This document shows positions 47,300 to 59,781 of a stretch of DNA of 64,000 nucleotides, in pieces; the first letter of the stretch is position 1; every line of letters starts with the position of its first letter. A model generated the notes under the pieces. The model made no database searches. It had not been told where the DNA came from and was given only the letters and a program-made list of their open reading frames with translations. Origin of the DNA: an uncultured Ruminococcus sp. (lineage in GTDB: Bacteria > Bacillota > Clostridia > Oscillospirales > Ruminococcaceae); assembly GCA_946614445.1 (NCBI GenBank), contig CAMOGY010000003.1, positions 9,950-73,949 on the forward strand. Direction: 5' to 3'. The position numbers and the translations under genes are program-made.

Positions 47300-47668
47300 T
47301 TACTTATTCTGATTTACTATGTAAAATCTTCGTTCATCGGGAAAAGCATAGCCCAGTTTATCAATGGCGATCTTTTTCATATACTCTTTTTCGCCGGATT
47401 CGAGCATTTTGTTATACTCATCGTTAAGCGCCTTTTCCTCATCTATTTGTTTTGATATTTCCGTTTTTTCCGATCTCAGCTTTGCGATCTCGGCTTTATC
47501 GTAGATTATTGTAAATGCCGCATAAGCGCAAAAGCACAAAGCTATCACGACAAACAATTTTTTTGCAAGGCCGCCTTTTTTTCTTATCTTAACGACCTCG
47601 GCATCAGCAAGCTCCTCAGTCTCCTGCTCATTTATCTCTGTATTTTCATATTCCTCAAAGGTAGTCAT
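47300..47668 (-). CDS. divIC: Septum formation initiator (DivIC/FtsB family)
   Basis: 122 aa with a TM helix and coiled coil. Conserved position after yabQ. Confidence 0.7.
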   Translation of the reverse strand: MTTFEEYENTEINEQETEELADAEVVKIRKKGGLAKKLFVVIALCFCAYAAFTIIYDKAEIAKLRSEKTEISKQIDEEKALNDEYNKMLESGEKEYMKKIAIDKLGYAFPDERRFYIVNQNK

Positions 47669-47719
47669 AGCTTCTCCTTTCGCTGTTACGCATACCTATT
47701 CCACTACATTATACACCAC

Positions 47720-48175
47720 TTAAAAGTCAACTTTCAAGGGCTTTTGCGGATTTTTTTTCTTTTTGGCTAATTTTAAGTGATTTTTCACAAACCGCACCTT
47801 GATTTTTTGTCCAATTTTATGGATAAATTCGCTCAAAGGCTTTACCAACCGCCGTTTGAAAAGCGCTGTCAGCTTTCGCAGGGCAAAAATAACAGGTCTT
47901 CCGACGAAGAAGTTTTCAAGGACTGCGCCTGCGAGCATACCGATGACGGTATAGACACGCAGCTTTCCCGTGAGTGCGGTGGCAAAGACGAACGCCGAGA
48001 AGCAGGCGACTGCGGCAAAGATGAAATCTTCAACAAAGACGACGGCTTTTTTATGGGCAAACAGCACACGCAGGGCACGGAAGGCTTCCCAGAGGACGCC
48101 TATTGCCGCACCCAGAAGGACGGAGAGGAGATAGATGCGTGTTTCTGCCTGGAGAGTGAAGCTCATTTCTCTCAT
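47720..48175 (-). CDS. yabQ: Spore cortex biosynthesis protein YabQ
   Basis: 151 aa with YabQ-like TM helices, directly downstream of yabP. Confidence 0.7.
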   Translation of the reverse strand: MREMSFTLQAETRIYLLSVLLGAAIGVLWEAFRALRVLFAHKKAVVFVEDFIFAAVACFSAFVFATALTGKLRVYTVIGMLAGAVLENFFVGRPVIFALRKLTALFKRRLVKPLSEFIHKIGQKIKVRFVKNHLKLAKKKKNPQKPLKVDF

Positions 48176-48195
48176 GATGCACCAGCCTTTGCAAA

Positions 48196-48459
48196 CTACC
48201 TGAACAGCTTGCCGAGCAGACCGAGCTTTTTTGTTCTGTCCTTATCGCCGTAGATAAGGGCATTTATCTCGCCCTCTACGGTAAGCTCGCCGCTTTCCAC
48301 GGACATTTCGCTGACGTGGAGCTGTCTGCCCCTGATGACCAGTTCACCCAGCTGGGTATAAAGATAGACCTTGTTTTCGTCAAAGTTTTCAACATCGGTG
48401 ACCCCGGTAAGCATCAGCTTGCTTCTGTCCTCCAAAATGGCATTATGTCGTTCGCTCAT
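48196..48459 (-). CDS. yabP: Sporulation protein YabP
   Basis: 87 aa with the motif LTGVTDVENFDE...L.I.G..L. Confidence 0.8.
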   Translation of the reverse strand: MSERHNAILEDRSKLMLTGVTDVENFDENKVYLYTQLGELVIRGRQLHVSEMSVESGELTVEGEINALIYGDKDRTKKLGLLGKLFR

Positions 48460-48525
48460 AGTAAAAGCCCTCCCGTTGTTGTTTTGTTAGAGTATATGCA
48501 GGGCAGGCTTTGTCCTATTCGGCGC

Positions 48526-48558
48526 AAAAAACCGGCCTCTGCTTTAAACAGAAGCCGG
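48526..48558 (-). terminator. Intrinsic terminator after serA
   Basis: Minus strand: CCGGCTTCTG-tttaaag-CAGAGGCCGG followed by T6. Confidence 0.7.
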
Positions 48559-48581
48559 CTTGACAGTTTAACCGTGAACTA

Positions 48582-49733
48582 TTAAAGAACTCTTACCTTA
48601 ACAACGCCGTCGATAGCCTTGATAGCATCTATATCAGCATCGCCGTTGACATCAAGGATAGTGTAAGCCCAATCCTTTTTGGACTTGTTGACCATATTCT
48701 CGATATTTGCGCCCTTATCGGCAACAGCACCTGTGATCTGTGTGATAAGTGCGGGAACGTTCTTATGCAGCACGCAAACGAGTGCATCGCCTGTTTTAGC
48801 AAGCTCGGCATTGGGGAAGTTTACTGAGTTGATGATAGCTCCTCTTTCGATATATGCTTTAAGCTCATCAGCTGCCATAACTGCGCAGTTATCCTCGCTC
48901 TCCTCGGTAGAAGCGCCAAGGTGCGGGATAGCAACGACATTATCAACGCAAAGTACGGGATCTGAAGGGAAGTCTACAACATATCTTGCGCACTTTCCGC
49001 TTTCAAGGGCTGCCTTGATAGCTTCTGCATTAACAAGCTCACCTCTTGCGAAGTTGAGTATCCTTACGCCGTCCTTGCAAAGTGCGAGAGTTTCGCTGTT
49101 GATAGTATCCTTTGTATCTGCGTTGAATGGCAGGTGCAGAGAGATGAAATCGCTCTGGGCGTAGATATCGTTGATATTATTTGTTACCTTTACCTGCGGC
49201 TTGAGGTTGAGGGCAGCATTCACCGAAAGGAACGGATCGTAGCCGATAACGTCCATACCCAGTGAGATAGCGATATTAGCGAGCTTTCCGCCGATAGCGC
49301 CAAGACCGATAAGTCCGAGTGTTTTGCCCATTATCTCGTTGCCTGCAAAGTTGGACTTGCCTTTTTCTACGAGCTTGCCTACCTCATCGCCCTGGCCCTT
49401 GAGTGTTTTTGCCCACTCGATAGCCTCGGGGATCTTTCTGGAAGCCAGCAGAAGACCGCATACTGCAAGCTCCTTAACGGCGTTAGCGTTTGCGCCTGGT
49501 GTATTGAAAACTACGATACCCTGCTCAGCGCACTTATCAACGGGGATATTGTTTGTGCCTGCGCCTGCTCTTGCTATTGCAAGCAGGTTATCCTTGAACT
49601 CCATATCGTGCATTTTGGCGCTGCGCACCATTATTGCCTCAGGAGCGTCGCAGTTATCTGTTACGTTATAATCGCTTCCGAGTCTGCTTGTGCCGACTGC
49701 AGCGATCTTATTGAGTGTCAATACGTTAACCAT
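48582..49733 (-). CDS. serA: D-3-phosphoglycerate dehydrogenase
   Basis: 383 aa with a 2-hydroxyacid dehydrogenase fold (GLIGLGAIGG) plus a C-terminal ACT-like domain. Downstream of serC. Confidence 0.9.
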   Translation of the reverse strand: MVNVLTLNKIAAVGTSRLGSDYNVTDNCDAPEAIMVRSAKMHDMEFKDNLLAIARAGAGTNNIPVDKCAEQGIVVFNTPGANANAVKELAVCGLLLASRKIPEAIEWAKTLKGQGDEVGKLVEKGKSNFAGNEIMGKTLGLIGLGAIGGKLANIAISLGMDVIGYDPFLSVNAALNLKPQVKVTNNINDIYAQSDFISLHLPFNADTKDTINSETLALCKDGVRILNFARGELVNAEAIKAALESGKCARYVVDFPSDPVLCVDNVVAIPHLGASTEESEDNCAVMAADELKAYIERGAIINSVNFPNAELAKTGDALVCVLHKNVPALITQITGAVADKGANIENMVNKSKKDWAYTILDVNGDADIDAIKAIDGVVKVRVL

Positions 49734-49793
49734 TTTTCCTTACCTCTTTCCGAAAAAGTTTTATTAACGGACAAACTTGAAAATCGTATATAA

Positions 49794-50036
49794 TAACAGG
49801 TTTTTCGGTCAAGCCTTTTCTCGCAAAAAAGGCTTGCGGGTCACGGGCGGCGCCCGTGTCGCTGACCGCAGTCAGCGAAATCTCCTGCCGTCAGGCGCTC
49901 CGCAAAGGGTGAATTTAAAAATAGTCCGGCGGACTGTTTTTAAAGAGGGAAAGCCCTGCAAGAGAGGGCTTTCCCTTCCTCTGTGCAGCAGTTCTTTTCC
50001 TCAAACCCTACGGGTTTGACGAACAATATATAAGAC
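49794..50036 (+). repeat. Family-2 multi-hairpin intergenic element, copy B (between serC and serA)
   Basis: Aligns with 7244..7488 in the same plus-strand orientation, so it is antisense to the serCA transcript. Confidence 0.8.
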
Positions 50037-50108
50037 CCAAATTTGTTGTCTTCTAAAAAGTTAAGCACACGGAACAGCATTTGCTGCCCCGTATGCATAA
50101 GATTTCTA

Positions 50109-51197
50109 TTACTTAGCGTTCTCTGCCTCGAACTTCTTCATGAAATCTACCAGCTTTTCAACGCCCTCGATAGGCATTGCATTGTAGATAGATGCTCTCA
50201 TTCCGCCGACAGTTCTGTGACCCTTGAGGTTTTCAAAGCCTGCTGCCTTTGCCTCGGCTACAAACTTCTTGTCAAGCTCCTCATCACCTGTTACGAAAGG
50301 AACGTTCATAAGCGATCTGTCCTTTTCAACTACTGTGCCCTTGAAGAGCTTGGAGCTGTCAAGGAAATCGTAAAGGATCTTAGCCTTTTTCTCGTTATGG
50401 ACTTTCATGCCCTCAAGGCCGCCCATCTTCTTGATCCACTTGAATACCTTTCCGCAGATATAGATGCCGTAGCATGGCGGTGTGTTATAGAGCGAATCAT
50501 TATCAGCCTGGATCTTCCAGTTCATCATTGTTGGTGTCTTGTCAAATGCCGGGCCGTCTGCGATAAGATCCTCACGAACGATAACGATCTGTACGCCTGC
50601 AGGTCCTACATTCTTCTGAACGCCGCCGTATACTACGCCGTACTTTGTTACGTCGATAGGCTCGCTCAGGAAGCATGACGATACGTCTGCTACAAGCTCA
50701 TGTCCCTTTGTGTTGGGCAGAGTTTTATATTTTGTTCCGTAAATGGTATTGTTCTCACAGATATAAACATAGTCTGCATCCTCGGGGATATCAAGGTCAG
50801 AGCAATCGGGGATATAGGAGAAGGTCTTATCGGCAGATGATGCTACCTTTACTACCTCACCGTACTTTTCTGCCTCGGCAGCAGCCTTTTTAGCCCACTG
50901 ACCTGTGATGATATATGCAGCCTTACCGTTCTTCATCAGGTTCATAGGTACCTCTGCAAACTGAAGGCTTGCTCCGCCCTGTCTGAAGATGACCTTATAG
51001 TTATCAGGAATGTTCATAAGATCACGAAGATCCTGCTCAGCCTCTTTGATGATAGTATCATAAGCCTTTGAGCGATGTGACATTTCCATAACACTCATGC
51101 CTGTGCCCTTATAATCGAGCATTTCCTCTGCAGCCTCTTTGAGCACTTCCTCAGGAAGTACAGCCGGGCCTGCGCTAAAGTTGTAAACTCTTCCCAT
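50109..51197 (-). CDS. serC: Phosphoserine aminotransferase
   Basis: Start at ATG 51197 (GGAGG 9 nt upstream). MGRVYNFSAGPAVLPEEVL is a typical SerC N-terminus. Confidence 0.9.
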   Translation of the reverse strand: MGRVYNFSAGPAVLPEEVLKEAAEEMLDYKGTGMSVMEMSHRSKAYDTIIKEAEQDLRDLMNIPDNYKVIFRQGGASLQFAEVPMNLMKNGKAAYIITGQWAKKAAAEAEKYGEVVKVASSADKTFSYIPDCSDLDIPEDADYVYICENNTIYGTKYKTLPNTKGHELVADVSSCFLSEPIDVTKYGVVYGGVQKNVGPAGVQIVIVREDLIADGPAFDKTPTMMNWKIQADNDSLYNTPPCYGIYICGKVFKWIKKMGGLEGMKVHNEKKAKILYDFLDSSKLFKGTVVEKDRSLMNVPFVTGDEELDKKFVAEAKAAGFENLKGHRTVGGMRASIYNAMPIEGVEKLVDFMKKFEAENAK

Positions 51198-51402
51198 TTG
51201 AAAAACCTCCAATTAATTTGATTTCCGGCAATTTCAATTATACCGCTTTTTCCTCTAAAAGTCAATAGAGATACGACTTTATCGGCACATACTAATTCAA
51301 CAAATCGAAGTACCGCTTTAAAGCGGTTTTATAACATTTTTACCGATACACAAGTCCTTTTTCGACAGCTTTGTTCAAAGAAAAAATTTATTCGCCGTGT
51401 GC

Positions 51403-53154
51403 TTATTTTTTCAGCTGCTGTGCCTGCTCATCGCTGAGCGGTGTGACATAGAGAGTTTTATTATTCGTGAAGATGACCATGCCCGGTTTTGCTCCGGCAG
51501 GCTTTTTGACATACTTTATCAGGGTATAGTCTACACCGACCTGAGAGGAATCCTTGGCTTTGGAAAAATGCGCTGCGAGCTGTGCGGCTGTTCTTATCAC
51601 ATCATCGGGGACGCTCTCGCCCTTAGCGGAAATGACGGTATGGCTGCCTGTGATATCCTTGGTATGCAGCCAGACATCAGTTTTTTCGGAATCCTTACAG
51701 GTGAGCTTATCGTTCTGCTTATTATTTCTTCCCACCCTGACGGTAAAGCCGGAGATAACGAACTGCATAGGCGGCTGTGCGGGCGGCAGCTTGGTCTTAT
51801 TTTTCTGTCTTCTCACATAGCCCTGCTGGGCAAGCTCCTCACGAAGCTCGGCTATCTCGCTTTCGCTTCTTGCCCGTGTGAGCGCTTCAAGTACGCTGTC
51901 GAGATATTGTGCTTCCTCCTCGCCGTTTCTGACGAGCTCGGTGAGCTTTTCCTTTGCAGCGCCGAGCTTGCGGTATTCTTTATAATACCTCTGCGCATTC
52001 TCAACGGGGGAGAGCCTTGCATCAAGGGGGATAGTCACGGTCTTAGAGCTGTCACCGAAAATATCCGGTGCGGTGAGCTGCTTATCGCCTTTTTTTATCA
52101 GATACAGGTTTGACATTATCATATCGCCGTTTGCACGCAGTTCATCTCTGTTTGCGCACTCCTCAAGCTCAAGGCGCTGGTTCTCGGTCCTGCGGCGTGT
52201 TCTTTCGATAGCGTTGGTGAGCAGCTTGAAAAGGTCGGCTGCTTTTTGCTTGGTTCGGGAAAAGGCATCACGCTGTGTATAGAACCTGTCCAGCAGCTTG
52301 CAGGGGGAGTCAAATGACGCTTTTTTCATAAGGCTGCCGTACTGGGCAACATCGCAGAAGCAAAAGTCCTTCATCACGCCCTCATCGGTGCTGAGCAGGG
52401 TATAGGTATTTGTTCCCTCAAGCAGCTGCGAGCGTATTTTTCCGATATAAGCCCACAGGTCATCAAAACGGCTGCCTGTTATCTCGTTTGCGCCGATGTC
52501 GCTGCCGTGAGTGCAGGCAAAGCTCATTTCCCTTGCAAATACGGGGGAAATTCCCTCAAAGGTGGTGAGCAGGGCTTTTGAAAGCTCGCTGCCGCCCGAG
52601 AGCGCAAGGCGCTGCGAAAGCTGCTGTGCAGTACATTCAAAGAAATTGAGCCTGTCCTGTCTGGGCGGTGTGGTATACATAACGCCGGGGAGCACCGTTC
52701 TGACAGAAGAAAGCTCCTGACTGACACGTTTTATGCTGTCGATGACCTTACCCTGTTCGCTGACAAGGATAAGGTTGGATACTCTTCCCATTATCTCGCA
52801 GACCAGCGTTAATGCGACCTTATCGCCCATTTCGTTGGTGGCATCAAAATCAAAGAAAAGTATTCTTTCAAAGCCCTCCTGCCGCACAGCAGCAAGGCGT
52901 GCGCCGCTGAGATGCTTACGCATGAGCATACAGAACATCGGCGGTGTGCGTGGGTTTTCTATCTCGGCATCGGTAAGGTGCACCCTTGCCGAGCCTGAGG
53001 CTGAATTGAACAGCAGTTTTTTCACGCCCTCACGAGTCCTCATGCTGATGATAAGCTCTTCTCTTGACGGCTGGTGTATTTTATCGACACGGCTGTCGAT
53101 AAGCTGACCAAGCTCGTTTTTTATCCTGCTAAGATATATTCCGTCTAAAGCCAT
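51403..53154 (-). CDS. rqcH: NFACT-family ribosome quality control protein RqcH (FbpA)
   Basis: 583 aa. The N-terminus MALDGIYLSRIKNEL..., coiled-coil middle and C-terminal DUF814-like region match the family. Confidence 0.85.
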   Translation of the reverse strand: MALDGIYLSRIKNELGQLIDSRVDKIHQPSREELIISMRTREGVKKLLFNSASGSARVHLTDAEIENPRTPPMFCMLMRKHLSGARLAAVRQEGFERILFFDFDATNEMGDKVALTLVCEIMGRVSNLILVSEQGKVIDSIKRVSQELSSVRTVLPGVMYTTPPRQDRLNFFECTAQQLSQRLALSGGSELSKALLTTFEGISPVFAREMSFACTHGSDIGANEITGSRFDDLWAYIGKIRSQLLEGTNTYTLLSTDEGVMKDFCFCDVAQYGSLMKKASFDSPCKLLDRFYTQRDAFSRTKQKAADLFKLLTNAIERTRRRTENQRLELEECANRDELRANGDMIMSNLYLIKKGDKQLTAPDIFGDSSKTVTIPLDARLSPVENAQRYYKEYRKLGAAKEKLTELVRNGEEEAQYLDSVLEALTRARSESEIAELREELAQQGYVRRQKNKTKLPPAQPPMQFVISGFTVRVGRNNKQNDKLTCKDSEKTDVWLHTKDITGSHTVISAKGESVPDDVIRTAAQLAAHFSKAKDSSQVGVDYTLIKYVKKPAGAKPGMVIFTNNKTLYVTPLSDEQAQQLKK

Positions 53155-53185
53155 TGTAGGTTTTCCTTTCGGGATGCTTTTTAAT

Positions 53186-53968
53186 TTAAATGCTGTATGA
53201 AACTACATCAACATTGTTTTGCGCCACTGCAAACTCAACTTCCTTGAAATGCTGTGAAAGCTCGTTTTTCATAAACTCGCAGAAGATATTCTCGGTGTGG
53301 AAATGCCCTGCATCCATTACGCAAAAGCCCTCGTTCTGCGCATCTATGAATACATCGTGCTTTACATCCCCTGTTATGAGGACATCGCAGCCTTTGGCTA
53401 TGGCTGCCCCTTTAAAGCTCGCTCCGCTGCCCGAGCAAACGGCTGCTCTGGTGAGCTTTTTACCCTTATACTGCGCTGTTTTTTCAAGGTCGTTATAGCG
53501 CACCACAACATTGCCCAGCCTGCTGCGGACGTGATCTGCAAGCTCCTTTGCAGTCATTTCCTTTTCAAGCTCGCACACGCAGCCCATACCTACGCCGTTT
53601 TCCTCGCAGATAGCTCCTGCGGGAACGAGAGATAGCTTTTTGCAAAGTATATCGTTCATAACGGCGCTGTCAAAGTTGGTGTGGGCGCTGAGCGCAGATA
53701 TTCCCGATGAGAGCAGCATTCCCACTGCGCTTGTGCTGCTTATGCTTTTAAGGGCACGGAAGATAACGGGGTGGTGGGTGATGATCAGCTGTGCGCCTTC
53801 CTGCTGCGCCTGAGCGATAATATCCTTTGTAACATCAAGTGCGATGAGCGCCTTTGTTACCTCTCGGTCGCTGTCGCCCACGCAAAGTCCGCTGTTATCG
53901 TAGCTTTCCTGCAACGAATACGGTGCTATCCCGTTGATATGCTCATAGATGTCTTTTACTGTTGTCAT
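53186..53968 (-). CDS. Nif3-like dinuclear metal centre protein
   Basis: 260 aa with SYDNSGLCVGD and ITHHP motifs. Confidence 0.85.
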   Translation of the reverse strand: MTTVKDIYEHINGIAPYSLQESYDNSGLCVGDSDREVTKALIALDVTKDIIAQAQQEGAQLIITHHPVIFRALKSISSTSAVGMLLSSGISALSAHTNFDSAVMNDILCKKLSLVPAGAICEENGVGMGCVCELEKEMTAKELADHVRSRLGNVVVRYNDLEKTAQYKGKKLTRAAVCSGSGASFKGAAIAKGCDVLITGDVKHDVFIDAQNEGFCVMDAGHFHTENIFCEFMKNELSQHFKEVEFAVAQNNVDVVSYSI

Positions 53969-54030
53969 AGCTTTTCCTTTCGTGATGCATTGTGCATTTT
54001 TTGCAGTTTAAACTTTATTTCAATCAAATA

Positions 54031-54060
54031 CAGGGATATGGCTGTTATTCCATATCCCTG
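54031..54060 (-). terminator. Hairpin after gyrA (probable terminator)
   Basis: 11-bp stem CAGGGATATGG / CCATATCCCTG. The minus strand then continues with TATTTGATTG. Confidence 0.5.
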
Positions 54061-54067
54061 AAAATAA

Positions 54068-56584
54068 TTATTCCTCGTCGTCCGGCTCTTCGTCCTCGGT
54101 GATGACCTCGCCTGCTTCCTCCTCGGCTGCCTGTGCGATGTCCTCGGCTGATGCCTGCTCGACCTCGGTTATCTCGGCATCTTCCTCATGCTCGGTCCTT
54201 GTGAACGCAACTACCTTGCCGTCCTCGCCGACCTTCATAAGTCTTACGCCTCGTGAATATCTGCCCATGATGCTTATATCGCAGGCTCTTATCCTTATTA
54301 CGACTCCGTCGGTGGAGATCATGATGATATCGTCCTCATCATCAACGACCTTGATGCCGCAGACACTGCCGTTTTTATAGTTCATCATGCCGTAGCCGCC
54401 ACGCTTTTGCACACGGTAGCTTTCAAGTGCGACACGTCTTCCCAGTCCGTTTTCGGATACGGTAAGCACTGCTGCACCGTCACGCACTCTCGCCATAGAA
54501 ACGACATAGTCGCCCTCACGCAGCTTTATTGCTCTTACGCCGTGGGCTGTTCTTGACATTTCTCTTATATCCGTTTCATTTATGCGGATAGCGTAGCCGT
54601 TATATGTTGCAACGATAAGCTGGTTCTTTCCGCTGGTCATTCTCACGCCTGCTATCTGGTCGCCCTCGTCAAGTCCGATAGCTCTGAGTCCGTTCTTGCG
54701 GACATTCTTATAGGCTGAAAGCGGAGTTCTCTTTATCTTGCCGTTTTTGGTGACCATAACGATGAACTTACCCTCGTCAAACGAGTCGGTCTTTATCATT
54801 GCGGCGATCTTCTCATCGTTTTCAAGAGGGAGAACGTTGACGATATTTGTACCTCTTGATGCCTTTGAGCCTTCGGGGAGCTCATAGCACTTGAGCTTGT
54901 ACATAATGCCCTTGTTGGAGATAAACAGCATAAAGTCGTGAGTTGAGCAGGTATACATCTCCTCAACGTAGTCGTCCTCACGCTGCTTCATACCTGTTAC
55001 GCCTCTGCCTCCACGCTTCTGAGCATGGTACTCGCTTATCGGCGTTCTCTTGATATAGCCGTCCTTGGTATAGGTAACAAAGCTCTCTTCCTCGGGGATA
55101 AGGTCTTCGATATCCACCTCACCGCTGACATTTTCGATCCTTGTTCTTCTCTCGTCACCGAACTTATCCTGTATCAGCTCGACCTCCTGAATGATGATAT
55201 CCAGCACTCTCTGATGATTTGCAAGGATATCCTCAAGATCTGCGACTTTAAGCTCTATCTCAGCCAGCTCGTCGATTATCTTTTGTCTTTCAAGACCTGT
55301 AAGTCTTCCCAGTGTCATCTGGGCGATATGATCTGCCTGTATCTCGGTAAGTCCGAATCTTTCGCAAAGTCTTTCCTTAGCCTCGGGAACGTTCTTTGAG
55401 GACTTCATTATCTCAACGACTTCGTCGATATTATCAAGTGCGATAACAAGGCCTTTTAAGATATGCTCACGCTCTTTGGCTTTTCTCAGGTCAAACTTTG
55501 TGCGCCTGGTTATTACATCTACCTGGAAGTCGATATACTGTTCAAGGCACTCCTTGAGCGTAAGTATCTTCGGTATGCCGTTCACAAGCGCAAGCATATT
55601 CACGCCGACGGTATCCTGAAGCTGAGTATATGAGAACAGCTTGTTGAGCACTACCTGCGGATTTGCGTCCTTTTTGAGCTTGATGACGATACGCATACCG
55701 TCCTTGCCCGATTCATCGTTGAGGTCATGTATGCCGTCAATGCGCTTTTCCTTTACAAGATCAGCGATAGAAACGCAAAGCCTTGCTTTATTGACCATAT
55801 ACGGTATCTCGGTGACAACGATGCAGTTCCTGCCGTTTATCTCCTCGATAGATGTCTGTGAGCGCAGAGTTATTTTGCCCCTGCCTGTGCCGTAGGCTGC
55901 TCTTATGCCCGCTCTGCCCATGATTATTCCGCCTGTCGGGAAATCAGGTCCCTTGACGTGCTCCATAAGCTCATCAAGCGTGCAGTCGGGGTTTTTCATA
56001 ACGCACTTCATGCCCTCGATTATCTCGTGCAGGTTGTGCGGCGGTATATTTGTTGCCATACCAACGGCGATACCCGTTGAACCGTTGCAAAGCAGGTTAG
56101 GGAACCTTGAAGGCAGAACAACAGGTTCTTTCAATCTGTCATCGTAGTTGGACTGGAAATCAACAGTTTCCTTGTTGATATCGGTAAGCATATTGACGGA
56201 CATTTTCGCCATTTTTGCTTCGGTATAACGGTATGCAGCCGGGGGATCTCCGTCCACCGAACCGAAGTTACCGTGACCGTCAACAAGCGGATACCTCAGT
56301 GAAAAGCTCTGTGCAAGTCGCACAAGGGCATCATAAACGGAAGCATCACCGTGAGGGTGGTATTTACCCAGCACAGAACCTACCGTATCAGCGCACTTTC
56401 TGTACGGCTGATCGGGTGTTAGCCCGTTTTCGTACATCGTATACAGGATACGCCTGTGTACCGGCTTCAAGCCGTCACGGACATCAGGCAGTGCTCTGGA
56501 TACGATAACAGCCATTGAATACTGGATAAACGATTCTTTCATTATCTTTTCGACATCTGTGTCAATAACATTGTAATCGCTCAA
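54068..56584 (-). CDS. gyrA: DNA gyrase subunit A
   Basis: 838 aa with the active-site region AAYRYTE and an acidic C-terminal tail. Confidence 0.97.
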   Translation of the reverse strand: MSDYNVIDTDVEKIMKESFIQYSMAVIVSRALPDVRDGLKPVHRRILYTMYENGLTPDQPYRKCADTVGSVLGKYHPHGDASVYDALVRLAQSFSLRYPLVDGHGNFGSVDGDPPAAYRYTEAKMAKMSVNMLTDINKETVDFQSNYDDRLKEPVVLPSRFPNLLCNGSTGIAVGMATNIPPHNLHEIIEGMKCVMKNPDCTLDELMEHVKGPDFPTGGIIMGRAGIRAAYGTGRGKITLRSQTSIEEINGRNCIVVTEIPYMVNKARLCVSIADLVKEKRIDGIHDLNDESGKDGMRIVIKLKKDANPQVVLNKLFSYTQLQDTVGVNMLALVNGIPKILTLKECLEQYIDFQVDVITRRTKFDLRKAKEREHILKGLVIALDNIDEVVEIMKSSKNVPEAKERLCERFGLTEIQADHIAQMTLGRLTGLERQKIIDELAEIELKVADLEDILANHQRVLDIIIQEVELIQDKFGDERRTRIENVSGEVDIEDLIPEEESFVTYTKDGYIKRTPISEYHAQKRGGRGVTGMKQREDDYVEEMYTCSTHDFMLFISNKGIMYKLKCYELPEGSKASRGTNIVNVLPLENDEKIAAMIKTDSFDEGKFIVMVTKNGKIKRTPLSAYKNVRKNGLRAIGLDEGDQIAGVRMTSGKNQLIVATYNGYAIRINETDIREMSRTAHGVRAIKLREGDYVVSMARVRDGAAVLTVSENGLGRRVALESYRVQKRGGYGMMNYKNGSVCGIKVVDDEDDIIMISTDGVVIRIRACDISIMGRYSRGVRLMKVGEDGKVVAFTRTEHEEDAEITEVEQASAEDIAQAAEEEAGEVITEDEEPDDEE

Positions 56585-56666
56585 AAAATTTCAACTCCAT
56601 TCTTCCGCTTTTACGGAAATTATCTATCCTGATTATTGTTTTAATCATAATTTGCTTCTTTAATCT

Positions 56667-56712
56667 TGGGGGCTTTCCGCAAATTTGCGCCCGTCCAAAC
56701 CCCTTCGGGTGC
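56667..56712 (+). repeat. Diverged fragment related to the family-1 core
   Basis: TGGGGGCTTTCCG...CCAAACCCCTTCGGGTG resembles the RNA-sense core GGGGGCTTTCCGATCGCCCCCT..ACCCCTTCGGTCA. No flanking duplication or terminator seen. Confidence 0.3.
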
Positions 56713-56746
56713 ATATTTAGTAGAAAGAAAGCATATAAAAATTGAA

Positions 56747-57421
56747 TTACTTATCAGTTATAAGATGGTAACCCTCGGCAAGCTCGCCTGTGAATTTATC
56801 ACGCAGGATAGTCTGCTCCTGCTCGCTCATAAGGCGTTTGCACAGCACATAAAAGGTTTCCTTTTCAAGAATTATTATAAACATCTCGTCATTTTCGATG
56901 ACCTCGACGGTATCGTTGTTTATATCGCTGTTATCTCCCAGGTGGACTCTGCGTGGCTTTATGGGAACATAATCCTCAGCCTGCTTTTCCTCCTCGGAAA
57001 CGAGCGTTTCGATAGTAAATCCGCTTTCGTAAAGGGTGAAGCGGTACTTGTCGCCCTCAAGCTCCTTTAAAGCTCTTACGAGGTATTTTCTTATCCTGAA
57101 GCTGTTATACCATGTGAGCACGATAGCCATAACGCACACGGCAAGCAGAACATAGTTAAGATAGCTGTTGGGGTATTTGATTATCGAAACGATGAAAGCT
57201 GCGGCAACAACGCTGAAAGCGGCTGTTACCTTGATATTGTGGGGATAAACGAACTTTTTCTGATAGGCTTTGAAAGCCCTGTTCTCCTCATCGTTTTTAA
57301 CATCGTAGTCGATAGTCAGCATAGGCGGCTCATTGAAGCTGTCGGCTTCCTGCTGAGCCTGTTTTTCGTATTCTTCGAGTTCTTTTTCCTCAAAGCTCTT
57401 GAAATCGTTTTTCTCCGCCAT
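56747..57421 (-). CDS. Hypothetical membrane protein inserted between gyrB and gyrA (possibly YcxB-like)
   Basis: About 224 aa from ATG 57421 (a TTG at 57457 is also possible). It has an acidic N-terminus, two TM helices and a soluble C-terminal domain. Confidence 0.55.
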   Translation of the reverse strand: MAEKNDFKSFEEKELEEYEKQAQQEADSFNEPPMLTIDYDVKNDEENRAFKAYQKKFVYPHNIKVTAAFSVVAAAFIVSIIKYPNSYLNYVLLAVCVMAIVLTWYNSFRIRKYLVRALKELEGDKYRFTLYESGFTIETLVSEEEKQAEDYVPIKPRRVHLGDNSDINNDTVEVIENDEMFIIILEKETFYVLCKRLMSEQEQTILRDKFTGELAEGYHLITDK

Positions 57422-57529
57422 ATTATTTAAAAGACCTTTCCTTGTTTTTGAAAACAATGTGGTGTATGCTAAGGATTTGATATCTGATATCCGAGCTTAT
57501 TTCGGCATACTGTCTGATAACTAAGGGCA

Positions 57530-57680
57530 ATTCTTCTGAAAGTGCTGTTCTTATGCTCTTTTCTGACCCTTAGTTATTTTTCGTTGCGGAGAGTCGCAGA
57601 CTCTCTGCGGCGAAAAATCATTAAAAGTTTTAGGAAGGGAGTTTGAGGGATAACCCTTTTTCAAAAGGGTTTCCCTCAAT
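57530..57680 (+). repeat. Family-3 two-hairpin intergenic element, copy C1 (just downstream of gyrB)
   Basis: Hairpin A at 57577-57617 (T5-stem-A5), core TTAAAAGTTTTAGGA at 57621-57635, hairpin B at 57645-57677. Confidence 0.7.
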
Positions 57681-57712
57681 TATCCGACAATACGCCGTGA
57701 TAATTTCGGATA

Positions 57713-59686
<1,974 letters not shown>

Positions 59687-59781
59687 TTATATATCAAGTC
59701 ATTTATTTTTTACAAATCATATCTGCTTTTTACTATGCCTTTTGGCAGGCAAAGAAATTATTGTCTATAAGCTATTGAGAG

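Noticed and set aside
51213-51402. Possible riboswitch or T-box leader upstream of serC
   Set aside because: On the minus strand I see no specifier or T-box-like conserved sequence and no convincing terminator/antiterminator pair, only one short hairpin (ACCGCTTTAAAGCGGT). The support is insufficient.
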